Below the pieces are notes generated by a model. The model made no database searches. It saw only the letters and a list, made by a program, of their open reading frames with translations, and was not told where the DNA came from. Positions 49,376 to 61,130 of a stretch of 64,000 nt of DNA are shown in pieces; the stretch's first letter is position 1; every line of letters begins with the position of its first letter. The translations under genes were made by a program, and so were the position numbers. Source of the DNA: Eledone cirrhosa. Lineage: Eukaryota. The DNA lies in contig OZ024753.1 of NCBI GenBank assembly GCA_964016885.1, positions 13,516,001 through 13,580,000 of the forward strand, written 5' to 3'.

Positions 49376-52300
49376 CTACAGGCCGATATAGAGAGAAGAC
49401 CCATTCACTCTGGCCATTCTCCCTACTTTCACCCACCTTTCATAAAACTTGCTGGGGTAGAGCACCTCTCTCTCCATTCTGATCCTTCTTTTAAAATGGT
49501 ATTTGAAAAAGGGGACCAGTTGTTGGCCGGAGAGAAAGGTGTCTGACCTCAGCCCTTTCAGCCTCGTCCACCATACAACTTCTTTAGCCATGGCTACCAC
49601 ACAGAGAAAAACCGCCTCTCCTTCGTTTTTGAAAGGGGGAGGCGGTTTGATCGTGACAATGGACTCGGTGGTCAACCGGATTGGTCCCACCCTCGACAGT
49701 AGTCGTTCCACATAGCCCCACAGGTCAGCAATGCCTGGGCAGTGTACGAATGCGTGCGCAACGGTTTCGTCATCATGCACGCATCTCGGACAGATCTTAT
49801 TCAAAGGATCTCTACCCAGGCTCCCATGCCTGTGGAGCTTGTCTCGAACGGGTAGAGCCCCTCGGTAGCACTGCCAAGCCAGGGACTTTTGGAAGTTGTC
49901 CATCGGTCCAGGGCCAAACGTCCTACCGAACAGACTGGCCAGTTCATCTTCCTCCATGCCTAGAGCTTCTCCGAGAGCATCGTCGCACCTGCTGCGTACC
50001 AACCCTCTATAGAATGTCGAGGTGGAGTCTCCACTGATTGCCGGGTCCGCTTTCCAGAGGGCCGTGAGCGCCTGGGCACATTCAATGTGCCAGTCGCCCA
50101 CTTTTCTCGGTCTTTGCTTGACCCAGGATTGCAGCTCGGTGAGCGAGACGAGTCTGGGAAAGGCTCGCCTCACAAACGGGGCCCACACCGGTTGACCGGT
50201 GAGGAATACCTGGAGGTGCCGTAGCCTTAATGCGTGTTTACGCATCTGTAGCCACGGCATCCCCAGCCCTCCTTTCGAAGGGTGTTGACAGCAGATGGAT
50301 CTCCTCACCAAAGGGGTCCGCTTGTTCCAAAGAAATTGGAACAGCGCGCACTCCATTTTGGCGAGTCTTTTCACTGGGCAAGGCACGACGGTCAAGCGGT
50401 AGTAGATGACGGATGCTATATAAGTATTCGCCACCTCCGCTCGACCTTTCAGGGATAGTTTGCACTGGGCCCACTTCTGGGTGAGTGCAAACACCCTGGC
50501 CGTTACCTCGTTCCAGTTTTTCTCCACCTGGAGGTCTGGTCCGAACCAGACCCCAAGCAGCTTCACCGGGCCCTCCGTCCAGCGTCCGACGACGTCGTTG
50601 GAGGGCATCGGTTTGCCTCTCCATGTTCCGAGTTGCAAACCGACGGACTTGTCCCGGTTCAGCTTGGCTCCTGTAAACCTTTCATATTCCTCCAGTAAGG
50701 TGCCGATCTCACCGATTTGCGAGGTTTTCGACACCATTACTGTCACGTCATCGGCGTAGGCCGACGTCGCTTTCTAAAATCCCGGTTCCAAAGGGATGCC
50801 CTGCAACCGCTCCAACTTCCGCAGTAGTGGCTCAAGAGCCAGCACATACAGTAGGGAGGAGAGAGGGCATCCCTGTCGGATGGATCGCATGATTTGGAAC
50901 GGCTCCGAGAGGTGGCCGTTCACCTTGACCCTTGAGCAGACGTTGCTGCTGTGCATCGCAGCAATCCAACCCCTGAAAACGGGTCCGAAGCCTGCCGCCG
51001 CGAGCACCGCATCCAGGTAACGATGGTCAACCCTATCGAAAGCTTTAGATTGATCCAAGTTGATCAGGGCCCCACCAAAGCCGGGTTCATTCCCTACCCT
51101 CTCTATGATGTATCGCATAAGGTGGAGATTGTCGTGAATGGACCTGGACGGGATTGCGCATGTCTGCGCTTCTCCCACCAGGTTTCCAACGACAAGCGCC
51201 AACCTCTTCGCTAACACCTTGGCCAAAATCTTTAACTCTGTATTTAGCAGAGTTATGGGCCTGAAGTTACTTATGTCATCCCCCTTGTTCTCATCCTTCC
51301 TCACCAGCGTAACTACGCCCTTGGTCACAGAACTGGGAATTCTCCCGTTCTGCTGCCAGTTGCAGTAGACCGCTTCGAGGATATCGGAGAACAAGTCCGG
51401 CATCGCTACATATAGCTCGTATGGTAGACCATCGAGACCCGGGGATTTGTGTTTGCCGCATTGGCTCAGCGCCGCCCCTATCTCAGCAGCTGAAATCGTC
51501 CTTTCGCAGGACTTCGCCTCCGCGTCCGAGAGGCGCGGCAGACCGTCGAGGTATGGATTGAAATCCATAGTCTCACCCGGCGCGGCGCCCCTCTCGAACA
51601 GTCGTGCAAAGTGCCGCTGAAAGGCCGCACACATCTGCCCAGGTTCAAGGATCACACGCCCATCCTGGTCCTTCAAAGACCGAATCGTGGACTTGTTCCC
51701 ACTTTTTGCCTCTGTCACTCGGGCCCAGCTTACAGCTTTGGCTCCCTCATTACCCAGAGCACGTATTTTACTCCTGACAACGCAGCCTTCATGCTTCACC
51801 TCAAAGAACTGGTCTAAGGCCATTCTTGATGCCAGCACGCCGGCTACATTGCCACTCCTAATCGCCTCTTCTACTCTATCTACTAATTCCCTTTCCGTCT
51901 TGTTCCTATCCCTTGCTAATTCCTGACTAAAACCTATCGATTCTATTCTAATTGCTCTCTTAAGAGAGCTCCACCACCTGTTGTTGACAATTGCCCCTGT
52001 CAAATTCTGCTTAACTAACGTGCTAATCCGTTTACTGTAAGCTTTGCTTCTCGGTAAGGACAAGTTCAGCTTCCAGTAACCGGGTCCCTGTCTATGGGTT
52101 CTATCAAGGTTGGCTATGCAGGTCACTAACTTGTGATCCGAATAGTCAACCATGAACATTTTTGGACAGCTAAATGTGTCCCTATCGTTCTCTCTAACTA
52201 GGACCCTATCTAGGTACGACCTAGATGTTCCACTGCGATTGGTCCACGTCCATAGTGGTACAGTCGGAAAATCTAGTCGATATCTATCGGCCAGGTCAAA

Positions 52301-52813
52301 TCGGCCGATTAACCTTTTGAGGCTTTTACACCCCCCTCTATTGGCACATGCCCCTACATAGTCCCAACGTGCATCCAGGATACCATTCCAGTCCCCCACT
52401 AAAAGCAAGGAGCGGGACGTTCCCAGAAAAGTTTCCAGACGTTGGAAGTATTCCGGCCGCGCTGCCCAAAAAGGGGCGTACACAGCTATTAGTCTAAGGG
52501 CTCCACTTTCACTACTGCCGACGTCTAAAACCACCAGTCGACCCTCCGGGTCCAGGTGCACCTTCTGTATGGCGAGGCCCAGGTGTTTTCGCAGCAGAAC
52601 GACAACTCCACCCCCACCCCCCGGTTGACAGAGAGATGCGAAGATCTCAAAGTCGTCGAAGAGGGGCGCCAGTTGGTGCTCGCTGCTGATCCTGGACTCG
52701 CAAATAGCCATTACATCCATTCTATGTGACCTGAGATCGTTTAAAAGTTTGCCTTGTTTCCAAGACAGTCCCAGGCCACGTACATTCAGAAACCCAACTC
52801 TTATATCAGCCAT
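49376..52813 (-). CDS. Tx1 ORF2 (APE endonuclease, RT, zf-RVT) split by one in-frame TAG at 50774-50776
   Basis: LNVRG, GDWN, SDH, KSPGLDG, FRPITLLN, DQSKAFDRV, RQGCPLS, then PGF*KATSAYADDV in the same frame, GGLG, CPRC..ETVAHAFVHC. Confidence 0.9.
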
Positions 52814-52834
52814 GTTGGTTAAAAGAGGAAGGAC

Positions 52835-54577
52835 CTACCTGTTCGGCTCCTGAGGAGCAGGTTGCACAATATCCATGGGCGTATTGGAGGGGTTGTTTGG
52901 TGGGGTGTTGTTCTGTGGTGGAGTGGGGGTGTTTGGTGAGGTGTGGGTGGGGAAACGTTTCAAGAGGACGCGGTTATAGGGTCGAGTACATGTTTTCCCC
53001 ACGTCCTCAGGAAAGTTCTCTCTTAGTTTTGCATAGGTGTCCATTGGGAGTCTTATCATTTTTAAATGCGGTTTGTTGGCCGCGCTTGCAAAGAATTGCC
53101 CTTCAGTTTCCACCAAAGGGTCTTTGTGTATTGTTTTTACTAGTTCTTTGTTATTTGTGTTAATGTATGTATACTGTTTTATTTGTGTTGTGTTTGTTTG
53201 TTGTTCTTGTGTGTGCTTACGTTTTGTTGTATGTGTTATGTTTTGGGGTGGGGCGGATTTTGTTTGTTCTGTTTGTTTTGTTTTTGTTGGTGGTTGTGTG
53301 TTTGTTTCGTTTATGTTCGAGTGGTGCTTTCTTTTTTTCCTTTTTACAGGTTGGAAGGGTTCCCCCTCTTCGTCACTAGGTGCCGTTTCCGCTGGGTCCT
53401 CGTCCGTGCTGTCGGGTAGTGGTGTATTTTGGGGTTTTGTTGTATTTGTGTGTGTTTTGGGAGTTGTTTTGGGTGGGGCCGTGTCTTGTGTTATTTTTCC
53501 CTGTTGTTTTTGTTGTTGTTGTGGTGGTGGTGGTGGAGGTGGTGGTGGTGGTGGTGGTGGCGGTGGTGGTGTGTGGGGTGTAGGCAAAAGAGCCTTTTTT
53601 TTTGTCAATTGAGGACAAGCAGCCCTTAGATGACCCCTGCTTGAACAGTAGTAACATATGGGCCTCCTACCCTTGGCTGAAATATATATAAATGTTTCTC
53701 CATCGAGGGACACCCTCTGTGGTATTCTAGCGATTCGTTCTGGTCTCATTTGGACCAGAACCTCCACGCTCAAACCGCCGAAAACGTCTGTGGTGACTTC
53801 TCCTACTGAGAGGATTCCGTCCTCGTCTTCTAAAAATCCTGTTAGTACCCAGGAAATGCATGCATTTGGCCGGATTCCGGAGACCCTTATCTTCTGCGTT
53901 CTTTTCCCTAAATATGTGGGGAAAAATGTATATATCTTGGAAACAATTGGTGCCACAGAGTATTTCCTGGCCGTCAATTGATCCTTCATTAGGACCGTTA
54001 TATTCCCATAGAGTGGCCCTTTTTGTATGAACGATATATCACTCCACACATTTTTTAGGACCAGCTCAATCTCTTTTTGGGATAATTGAGTTGGTTTCCT
54101 TGTTATGTTGGAAATTGTTCTGAAAGATATCGTTCTTAGCGTCGTGTCTCTTTTGATTTCTTGTGGGGAGGTGATTGTGAAGTCTCCTCCTTCTTTGAAA
54201 GTTACATACTGTTTCGCTTCCTTCATCTTTTCTCTCAGAGTTGTAATGTCCAGTTGCTTGCAGGTTTGTGTTTTCCGGACCGCCTGTGCAAAGGAGGTAC
54301 CAGTAGTGGGTTCACTTTGTTTGGTGTTATCGTTATTTTTTCCTTGGTTGGTGTTGTGACTATTGCTGTTATTGTCGTTGATGTTTTTGTCTGCGTTTAT
54401 GTGACTTTCTGGGTTTTCACCCATTTCTACAAATTTTTCTTTTAATTCCGTGTTCCATGTTTCTTTTGCAGAAGTGAGGAGGGAAGACTTAGAGCCTTGT
54501 GCTTCTAGCTTCTCTGTATCACCTTTCTTAGGGGGCGTGGCTTTCACGTTAGGATGAGATGTGAAAATTCCGTCCAT
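52835..54577 (-). CDS. Tx1 ORF1 (gag-like, CCHC zinc knuckle, poly-Pro/low-complexity tail)
   Basis: First ATG at 54577 (MDGIFTSHP); SFAQAV motif; CYYCSSRGHLRAAC knuckle; uninterrupted. Confidence 0.85.
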   Translation of the reverse strand: MDGIFTSHPNVKATPPKKGDTEKLEAQGSKSSLLTSAKETWNTELKEKFVEMGENPESHINADKNINDNNSNSHNTNQGKNNDNTKQSEPTTGTSFAQAVRKTQTCKQLDITTLREKMKEAKQYVTFKEGGDFTITSPQEIKRDTTLRTISFRTISNITRKPTQLSQKEIELVLKNVWSDISFIQKGPLYGNITVLMKDQLTARKYSVAPIVSKIYTFFPTYLGKRTQKIRVSGIRPNACISWVLTGFLEDEDGILSVGEVTTDVFGGLSVEVLVQMRPERIARIPQRVSLDGETFIYISAKGRRPICYYCSSRGHLRAACPQLTKKKALLPTPHTPPPPPPPPPPPPPPPPQQQQKQQGKITQDTAPPKTTPKTHTNTTKPQNTPLPDSTDEDPAETAPSDEEGEPFQPVKRKKRKHHSNINETNTQPPTKTKQTEQTKSAPPQNITHTTKRKHTQEQQTNTTQIKQYTYINTNNKELVKTIHKDPLVETEGQFFASAANKPHLKMIRLPMDTYAKLRENFPEDVGKTCTRPYNRVLLKRFPTHTSPNTPTPPQNNTPPNNPSNTPMDIVQPAPQEPNR

Positions 54578-54765
54578 TTCTATTAGTTTGCCGTAATAAA
54601 TTTTTAACTGGAAAATAAATAAACTCAAAGTTTGACGACCAAGGCAAGGGGTTAACGTATATTACAGTATAAAAAAATTAATCAAAACTCACTTTTTGAG
54701 TAAGTAAATCCGACTCGGTAGCCGAGCTTGTTCACACACGTCAACACACGTCTCTCGTATACGAG

Positions 54766-56160
54766 ATGTTATGTGAGATATTATGTGAGGTAAAGCCTTT
54801 ACTGTGAAAATACAATAGTATATATAGAGTAATGTAAATGTTATGTGAGGTAAAGCCTTTATTGTGAAAATACAATAGTATATATAGAGTAATGTAAATG
54901 TTATGTGAGATATTATGTGAGGTAAAGCCTTTACTGTGAAAATACAATAGTATATATAGAGTAATGTAAATGTTATGTGAGATATTATGTGAGGTAAAGC
55001 CTTTACTGTGAAAATACAATAGTATATATAGAGTAATGTAAATGTTATGTGAGATATTATGTGAGGTAAAGCCTTTACTGTGAAAATACAATAGTATATA
55101 TAGAGTAATGTAAATGTTATGTGAGGTAAAGCCTTTATTGTGAAAATACAATAGTATATATAGAGTAATGTAAATGTTATGTGAGATATTATGTGAGGTA
55201 AAGCCTTTACTGTGAAAATACAATAGTATATATAGAGTAATGTAAATGTTATGTGAGATATTATGTGAGGTAAAGCCTTTACTGTGAAAATACAATAGTA
55301 TATATAGAGTAATGTAAATGTTATGTGAGATATTATGTGAGGTGAAGCCTTTACTGTGAAAATACAATAGTATATATAGAGAAATGTAAATGTTATGTGA
55401 GATATTATGTGAGGTAAAGCCTTTACTGTGAAAATACAATAGTATATATAGAGTAATGTAAATGTTATGTGAGATATTATGTGAGGTAAAGCCTTTACTG
55501 TGAAAATACAATAGTATATATAGAGTAATGTAAATGTTATGTGAGATATTATGTGAGGTAAAGCCTTTACTGTGAAAATACAATAGTATATATAGAGTAA
55601 TGTAAATGTTATGTGAGGTAAAGCCTTTATTGTGAAAATACAATAGTATATATAGAGTAATGTAAATGTTATGTGAGATATTATGTGAGGTAAAGCCTTT
55701 ACTGTGAAAATACAATAGTATATATAGAGTAATGTAAATGTTATGTGAGATATGTGAGGTAAAGCCTTTACTGTGAAAATACAATAGTATATATAGAGTA
55801 ATGTAAATGTTATGTGAGATATTATGTGAGGTAAAGCCTTTACTGGGAAAATACAATAGTATATATAGAGTAATGTAAATGTTATGTGAGGTAAAGCCTT
55901 TATTGTGAAAATACAATAGTATATATAGAGTAATGTAAATGTTATGTGAGATATTATGTGAGGTAAAGCCTTTACTGTGAAAATACAACAGTATATATAT
56001 AGAGTAATGTAAATGTTATGTGAGATATTATATGATGTAAAGCCTTTACTGTGAAAATACAATAGTATATGTAGAGTAATGTAAATGTTATGTGAGATAT
56101 TATGTGAGGTAAAGCCTTTACAGTGAAAATATAATAGTTAATATAGAGTAATGTAAATGG
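54766..56160. repeat. 60/72-bp tandem array, right part (~20 units)
   Basis: Same unit as 48812-49138, highly homogeneous. Confidence 0.95.
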
Positions 56161-56529
56161 TAAAGACAGCTTTGGAACCTTCTATGAGATACAACCTGGT
56201 AGCAAAGGGTTAAGTTTGTAAACCGAGGTTCCACTGTTTATATAACTGAATATAAAATTTTTGAATTTATAAAACTTTGCTTCTTTCCTTTTTGTTCATT
56301 ACTATGGAGAATGGTCCATAGAGTATATATTATTCCTCATTTGAAATTCAACAAGTTGTAGCAGAGTTGCTACAATGTCAGAAAAACTATCTTAAGGTAT
56401 TTAGTAACAGCACTTAACATTCTGAACTGAAATCTCACTGGGATTCTTACACTAAGTACAAATCATGCTCTAATAGAAATAATAAAATGCAATGAAATTT
56501 GTAGCTCACACATAAACAGGTTTAGCTGG

Positions 56530-56776
56530 CTTGCTACCAGGTTGTATCTCATAGAAGGTTCCATAGCTGTCTTTATCATTTACATTACTCTATATATACT
56601 ATTATATTTTCACAGTAAAGGCTTTACCTCACATAATATTGAATCTACGAGATTTTGATATTATTTATTTTGAGAACAATATGTTAACATCAGTATGAGT
56701 GGCCGGTTACAGCCGGTTTGGACAGAAAGAGGTGAGAGAATTCTGGCCAGATATGACCAGTTTAAATGCTGAAGGG
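56530..56776 (-). mobile_element. Unexpanded copy of the piggyBac-like MITE (single repeat unit)
   Basis: Reverse complement of 48675-48870 joined to 56160-56205; ends tttaaatgctgaaggg-TTAA. Confidence 0.8.
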
Positions 56777-57263
56777 TTAATGATAGGGGCCATATTCCTA
56801 TCATGTTACTACAGTTCACACCCATATAGGTTTAGCTGGCTTGCTACCAGGTTGTATCTCATAGGGTTTTTGTTGTAAGTGTTTGAATGATAAGGACCCC
56901 AGTCCTATCATGTTGTAACAGCTCACACCTATGAAGGTTTAGCTTCATTTCATAGGTTTCTTGGGTACTTTAAATTATGTTACAAACATCAAATAAATAA
57001 ATCTTTCTAACACCAGCACAGATTGCAATTTGGGGGAGGAGGAAAGTTGATTATTTTGGCCCCAGTATAAAGCGATTATTTGTTGATCGATGTTGGTAGT
57101 GGATTGTGCTGTCTTCATTTGTTTGTTGCATGCATGCTCACTTGTAGTTTGCTGTGTGGTGTGGTCATTGTGGTGTGACCAGAGGTTGTATATGTGCAGG
57201 TAAGTAAGTGTTCAATAAGATGATGATGATATGATAGTTCCTTGATCGCGCAGAAAAGGAATA

Positions 57264-57427
57264 CTGTATTTCACCTCGCCGAAGACACTTCGTCCTCGAC
57301 GATGCACCCCAATTTTGACAACCAAAAATTTGAAAAAAAATTAATACGTTCGGCCCCCAGAACGCATGATAGATTTTTGAGACTTATTTCAGGAAGAAAG
57401 TAGCGTCTTCGATGCCGGGAAATACGG
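57264..57427. mobile_element. Tc1/mariner (Tc2-like) MITE
   Basis: TA-ctgtatttcacc..cgaagacact / agcgtcttcg..gggaaatacgg-TA imperfect TIRs. Confidence 0.6.
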
Positions 57428-57514
57428 TATATATAAATGAACCACGATGACACCAAACCGCTCTATTATTAATTTATTGAAAATAGCTCCTGCGACTTCT
57501 TCACCCATCGGTCA

Positions 57515-57670
57515 TCCTCCATGCGCATTACATGTCCATACCACCGCAGTCTCCTCTCTCGCACACTACATTCTATCCCTCTCAGACACAGTTTCTCTCT
57601 CAACACATCCATGCTGGGTCGTTCACGCACATCAACACATCCATGCTGGGTCGTTCATGCACAGTATATC
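57515..57670 (-). mobile_element. RTE ORF C-terminal fragment
   Basis: Reverse complement encodes ERRLRWYGHVMRMEDDR. Confidence 0.7.
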
Positions 57671-57804
57671 AATAAAAATCTGAGACCATATTTATTTGCT
57701 CCAGCTGTCACTTTTATACAGGTCATTGAGCACTTTTGTTCATCTACTTCACTACCGACAGACGTTATGTGGACCGCACATCCTTGTTCAGTTCTTGGTT
57801 GTCC

Positions 57805-58132
57805 ATCCTAAATGATGATGTTATCTTTTTTATTTTAGTTCCCGTCTGCCGTGGGCACAAAGGTGACTGTGGAGGCCGATCCTTGACTTGCAGGTCCAGG
57901 GACAGTGGGGGCGGGGGAAGAGACCGGAGTTACTTGAGGTAGCTGTTGATACCTTTCTCCTCCTTTCACGGGCCTCAGTGATCTCTGCCCGTCTCTTCTC
58001 TTCAAAAGAGTCTTTGGCGCGTCTGGTTAGGGCTCCCCATTCAGTCCTGTCCTGAGCATGGGACTCGAGTTGTTTTGGGAGCGATTCCAGTATTGTTGAT
58101 GCTGGACTTCACGCAGTCTTTGAACCTCTTGT
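57805..58132 (-). mobile_element. RTE/BovB-like C-terminal fragment with a C2H2-type finger
   Basis: KRFKDCVK..AQDRTEW..FEEKRR..PHCPWTCKSRIGLHSHLCAH (one frameshift). Confidence 0.7.
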
Positions 58133-58384
58133 TAATCCCTTACTGTATATATGTGTGTGTATCATTATGGCATATCAATCCTGGACTACAAAAATAAAAT
58201 ACATTCAATGCCATTGATGTCACAGGTACTATACTAGTATGTATAAGAATCTACACAAATGAGCCACCAGTCAATTATTTTTATGTTTATTTTAGGAACA
58301 GAATGCTGAAGATTAATCAGAAAAATCATGAATAGAAAAAATATTTTGTCAGTTGGTATCAGTGGGTAAGATCTTTGTTTTTTT

Positions 58385-58630
58385 GTGGGGATAGGTTGTT
58401 GTTGTTGTTTGTGGGGAGGGGTTGTTGCTTGTGGGGATAGGTTGTTGTTATGATGAGGGGTTGTTGTTTGTGGGGATAGGTTGTTGTTGTTTATGAGGAG
58501 GGGTTGTTGTTTGTGGGGATAGGTTGTTGTTGTTTATGATGAGGGGTTGTTGTTTGTGGGGATAGGTTGTTGTTGTTTATGAGGAGGGGTTGTTGTTGTT
58601 ATTTGTGGGGAGAGGTTGATGTTGTTTGTG
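58385..58630. repeat. ~40-bp GT-rich tandem repeat (~6 copies)
   Basis: gttgttgtttgtggggataggttgttgttgtttatgaggagggg repeated. Confidence 0.85.
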
Positions 58631-58827
58631 GAGAAAACAGCAGTCCAGGTCATGAGACAAGAAGTCTCAATGGGGACCAGCACAAATAGAATTGAAGCTC
58701 AGTGAAATCTTGGTATTTGGTTGGCATCCAATCCTTGATTTGCCATCGAGGAGCGGGACAAGAACCTTGGAGATCTCAGTAACAAACAGCACGAAAAAAA
58801 GAGAAAAAAGGGAAAAAAAGGGTCAAC

Positions 58828-59706
58828 CATCATCATCATCATCATCATCACCGTTTTACGTCCGTTCTTCCACGCTAGCATGAGTTAGACAAGTTGTCCT
58901 GTTGTGACAGTGTCCAGTCGGCTGACCTTGTCTTGCTCATACGGGAACTGATTCTGGCTTGATTTCTACAGCTGGATGCCCTTCCTAACACCAACCTCAT
59001 TTACAGTGAGTGCTGGGTGCTTTTTCGTGGCGCCTACACGTCCACTTTACAGTGTGGGCTGGGTGCTTTTTTCCCGTGGCACCTACACGATCACTTTACA
59101 GTGTGGGCTGAGTGCTTTTTTCCCGTGGCACCTACATGACCACTTTACAGTGTGGGCTAGGTGCTATTTTTCCCGTGGCACCTACACGACCACTTTACAG
59201 TGTGAGCTGGGTGCTATTTTTCCCGTGGCACCTACATGACCACTTTACAGTGTGGGCGAGGTGCTTTTTTGCCGTGGCACCTACATGACCACTTTACAGT
59301 GTGGGCTGGGTGCTTTTTTCCCGTGGCACCTACATGACCACTTTACAGTGGGAGGGTGTGGGGGCATATTGTCTATATGCTTCAGCTTCGGCTTGTACCC
59401 GTGTGGGGGGGGGGGGGGCTCAGGTCTTCTGTATTACTGCGTGACGCCAGAGGTCACGATCGTGTGTCATCGCCTTTGAGAGGTGTAATTGGGCATGGTC
59501 GGCTTTTATCACCTCATCCCAGGTCTTCTTGGGGTCTTCCCACTCCGCGGTTTCCATCGACTTCTAGTGCTCTGCACCTTTTTATGCAGCTGTCATCTTT
59601 CATACGCATCACATGTCCATACCAACGCAACCACCTCTCCTGCACACAGCATTTGATTCCTCTTATGCTCAGTCTCTCTCTCAATTCATTTATGCTTTGC
59701 CGTTCG
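58828..59706 (-). mobile_element. RTE 3' portion (same subfamily as 38732) with a 49/50-bp tandem expansion (~7 units, ~58995-59350) in the 3' UTR
   Basis: cctac recurs at 59033, 59082, 59131, 59181, 59231, 59280, 59329; the copy at 39510-39610 has about two units. Confidence 0.88.
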
Positions 59707-59831
59707 CTTCGTAGTATTTAAATAGAGCAGGAGATAATGAACAAAAATTGAAGTAAAATAAGGATGAGGTGAAAGGAAAGTAGAGAAAGATAATGAAATG
59801 AAAAGAATCTTAATCCTTTCATTTGAACAGA

Positions 59832-60162
59832 CGATGGTCGGCTGAAAAGTTGATAGGCTGACTAAGATACTCTCATGGAATGACCAAATGAGGTTTATTG
59901 TTCAAAATAGAAATAAACAATGCAGTTATTAATAAGAAGAGTTGAAATTAATACATCAAGATTTCACAGCTCTAGCATCAATCCTTCATAGGCTGGCCAA
60001 GATACTCTCATGGAATGACCAAATGAGGTTTATTTTTCAACAGTCCCTGGAAAGAAACAATACAGTTATTGATAAGAAGAATTGAAATTAATGCATGCAA
60101 GATTTCACAGCTCTAGCATCTCTCCTTCATAATCAGCCTATGAACTTTTCAGCCGACCCTCC
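59832..60162. mobile_element. mariner-type MITE with ~30-bp TIRs and an internal ~134-bp direct repeat
   Basis: cgatggtcggctgaaaagttgataggctga / tcagcctatgaacttttcagccgaccctcc. Confidence 0.75.
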
Positions 60163-60237
60163 TGATAAAATATTTCAATTGTTTTGAAACAACAATTTTT
60201 TTGTGATTATTAAACTAGTATTTGGAGGATAACTTAG

Positions 60238-60468
60238 CCCTTTAGCATTTAAACCGGTTGTACATACATATATATATATGTATATATATGTATGTATTCT
60301 CTCACCTCTCTCTGTTCAAACCAGCTGTAACTGGCTACTCATACTGATGTTAATCTATTGTTCTCAAAATAAATGATATCAAAATCTCATAGATTCAATA
60401 TTATGTGAGTCAAAGCTTTTACCATGAAAATACAATAGTATATATAGCGTAATGTAAATGCTAAAGGG
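60238..60468 (+). mobile_element. Short piggyBac-like MITE copy with perfect 14-bp TIRs
   Basis: TTAG-CCCTTTAGCATTTA...TAAATGCTAAAGGG-TTAA; single repeat unit. Confidence 0.8.
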
Positions 60469-61081
60469 TTAAAAGTTCTTATATAAGATTATGATGAAGG
60501 GTTTTTAAATAAATATGAACAAATTAAAGTACGCAGCTTGATATTTAGGAAGCAATAGTGATTTCAGATGTGTTTATAGGCAAAGGTTTAAGATGGTATT
60601 GGGTAACATAGCTTAACAAAAGTGTCTTACAATAAGTTATGATGGAAGTTTTTAAAATGGTTGCTTTAGTTTAATAGAACAAGAGCAGCTTTTAGCTATG
60701 TTGCTATCAAAACAGTTAAATTCTCAGTCTGGAGATGAATTCTTTGTTTAGCAAACTTAAAATACCTTATTTGTGCAATATTTTCTGATATTTTATCAGA
60801 TTTAGGGTAATGTAATTAGTTTTTAAAGTGTGTGTGTGTAAGAGTATATACTTGAGAAGTATGTGCATGTGAAGAGTGTGTGTGTGTGAGTTTATGCATG
60901 AGAAGAATGTTTGTGTATGTGAGGTGTGTTTGTGAGGAGTGACTGTGTGTGAGTGTGTGTATGTGAGGTGTATGTATGTCACATATCTGGGGTATTAAAA
61001 GAAAAATGATTACAAAGAAGACTGCTTCACAACATATTCTAAACTACAATTGTTATATGTAGGTTAATACCTCAGAAAGAC

Positions 61082-61130
<49 letters not shown>

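Larger units (their letters stand above)
49139..54765 (-). mobile_element. Apparently full-length Tx1/L1-clade non-LTR retrotransposon (5.6 kb)
   Basis: 5' UTR, ORF1, 21-bp spacer, ORF2, 3' UTR ending AATAAAGAAACC; sharp junctions with the tandem array on both sides. Confidence 0.92.
48675..56209 (+). mobile_element. piggyBac-like MITE (TTAA target duplication, CCCTTT...AAAGGG ends) expanded by a tandem array and a LINE insertion
   Basis: TTAA at 48671-74 and 56210-13; unexpanded relatives at ~56530-56776 (-) and 60238-60468 (+). Confidence 0.8.
48531..56236. mobile_element. Tigger/pogo-type MITE (outer shell of the nest)
   Basis: TIRs cagtggaaccctggtttataaaa (48531) and, as reverse complement, cagtggaacctcggtttacaaac (56214-56236); 19/23 identical. 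Confidence 0.65.

Noticed and set aside
54689-56062. 457-aa and 415-aa repetitive ORFs upstream of Tx1
   Set aside because: Unit lengths of 60 and 72 bp are multiples of 3 without stops in those frames, and the unit derives from a non-coding MITE.
58296-58372. Candidate host exon (ttttag...gtaaga); also a lone donor-like CAG/GTAAGT at ~57200
   Set aside because: Stops occur in all frames unless it is a start or UTR exon; there are no partner exons or homology, so it cannot be supported without transcripts.
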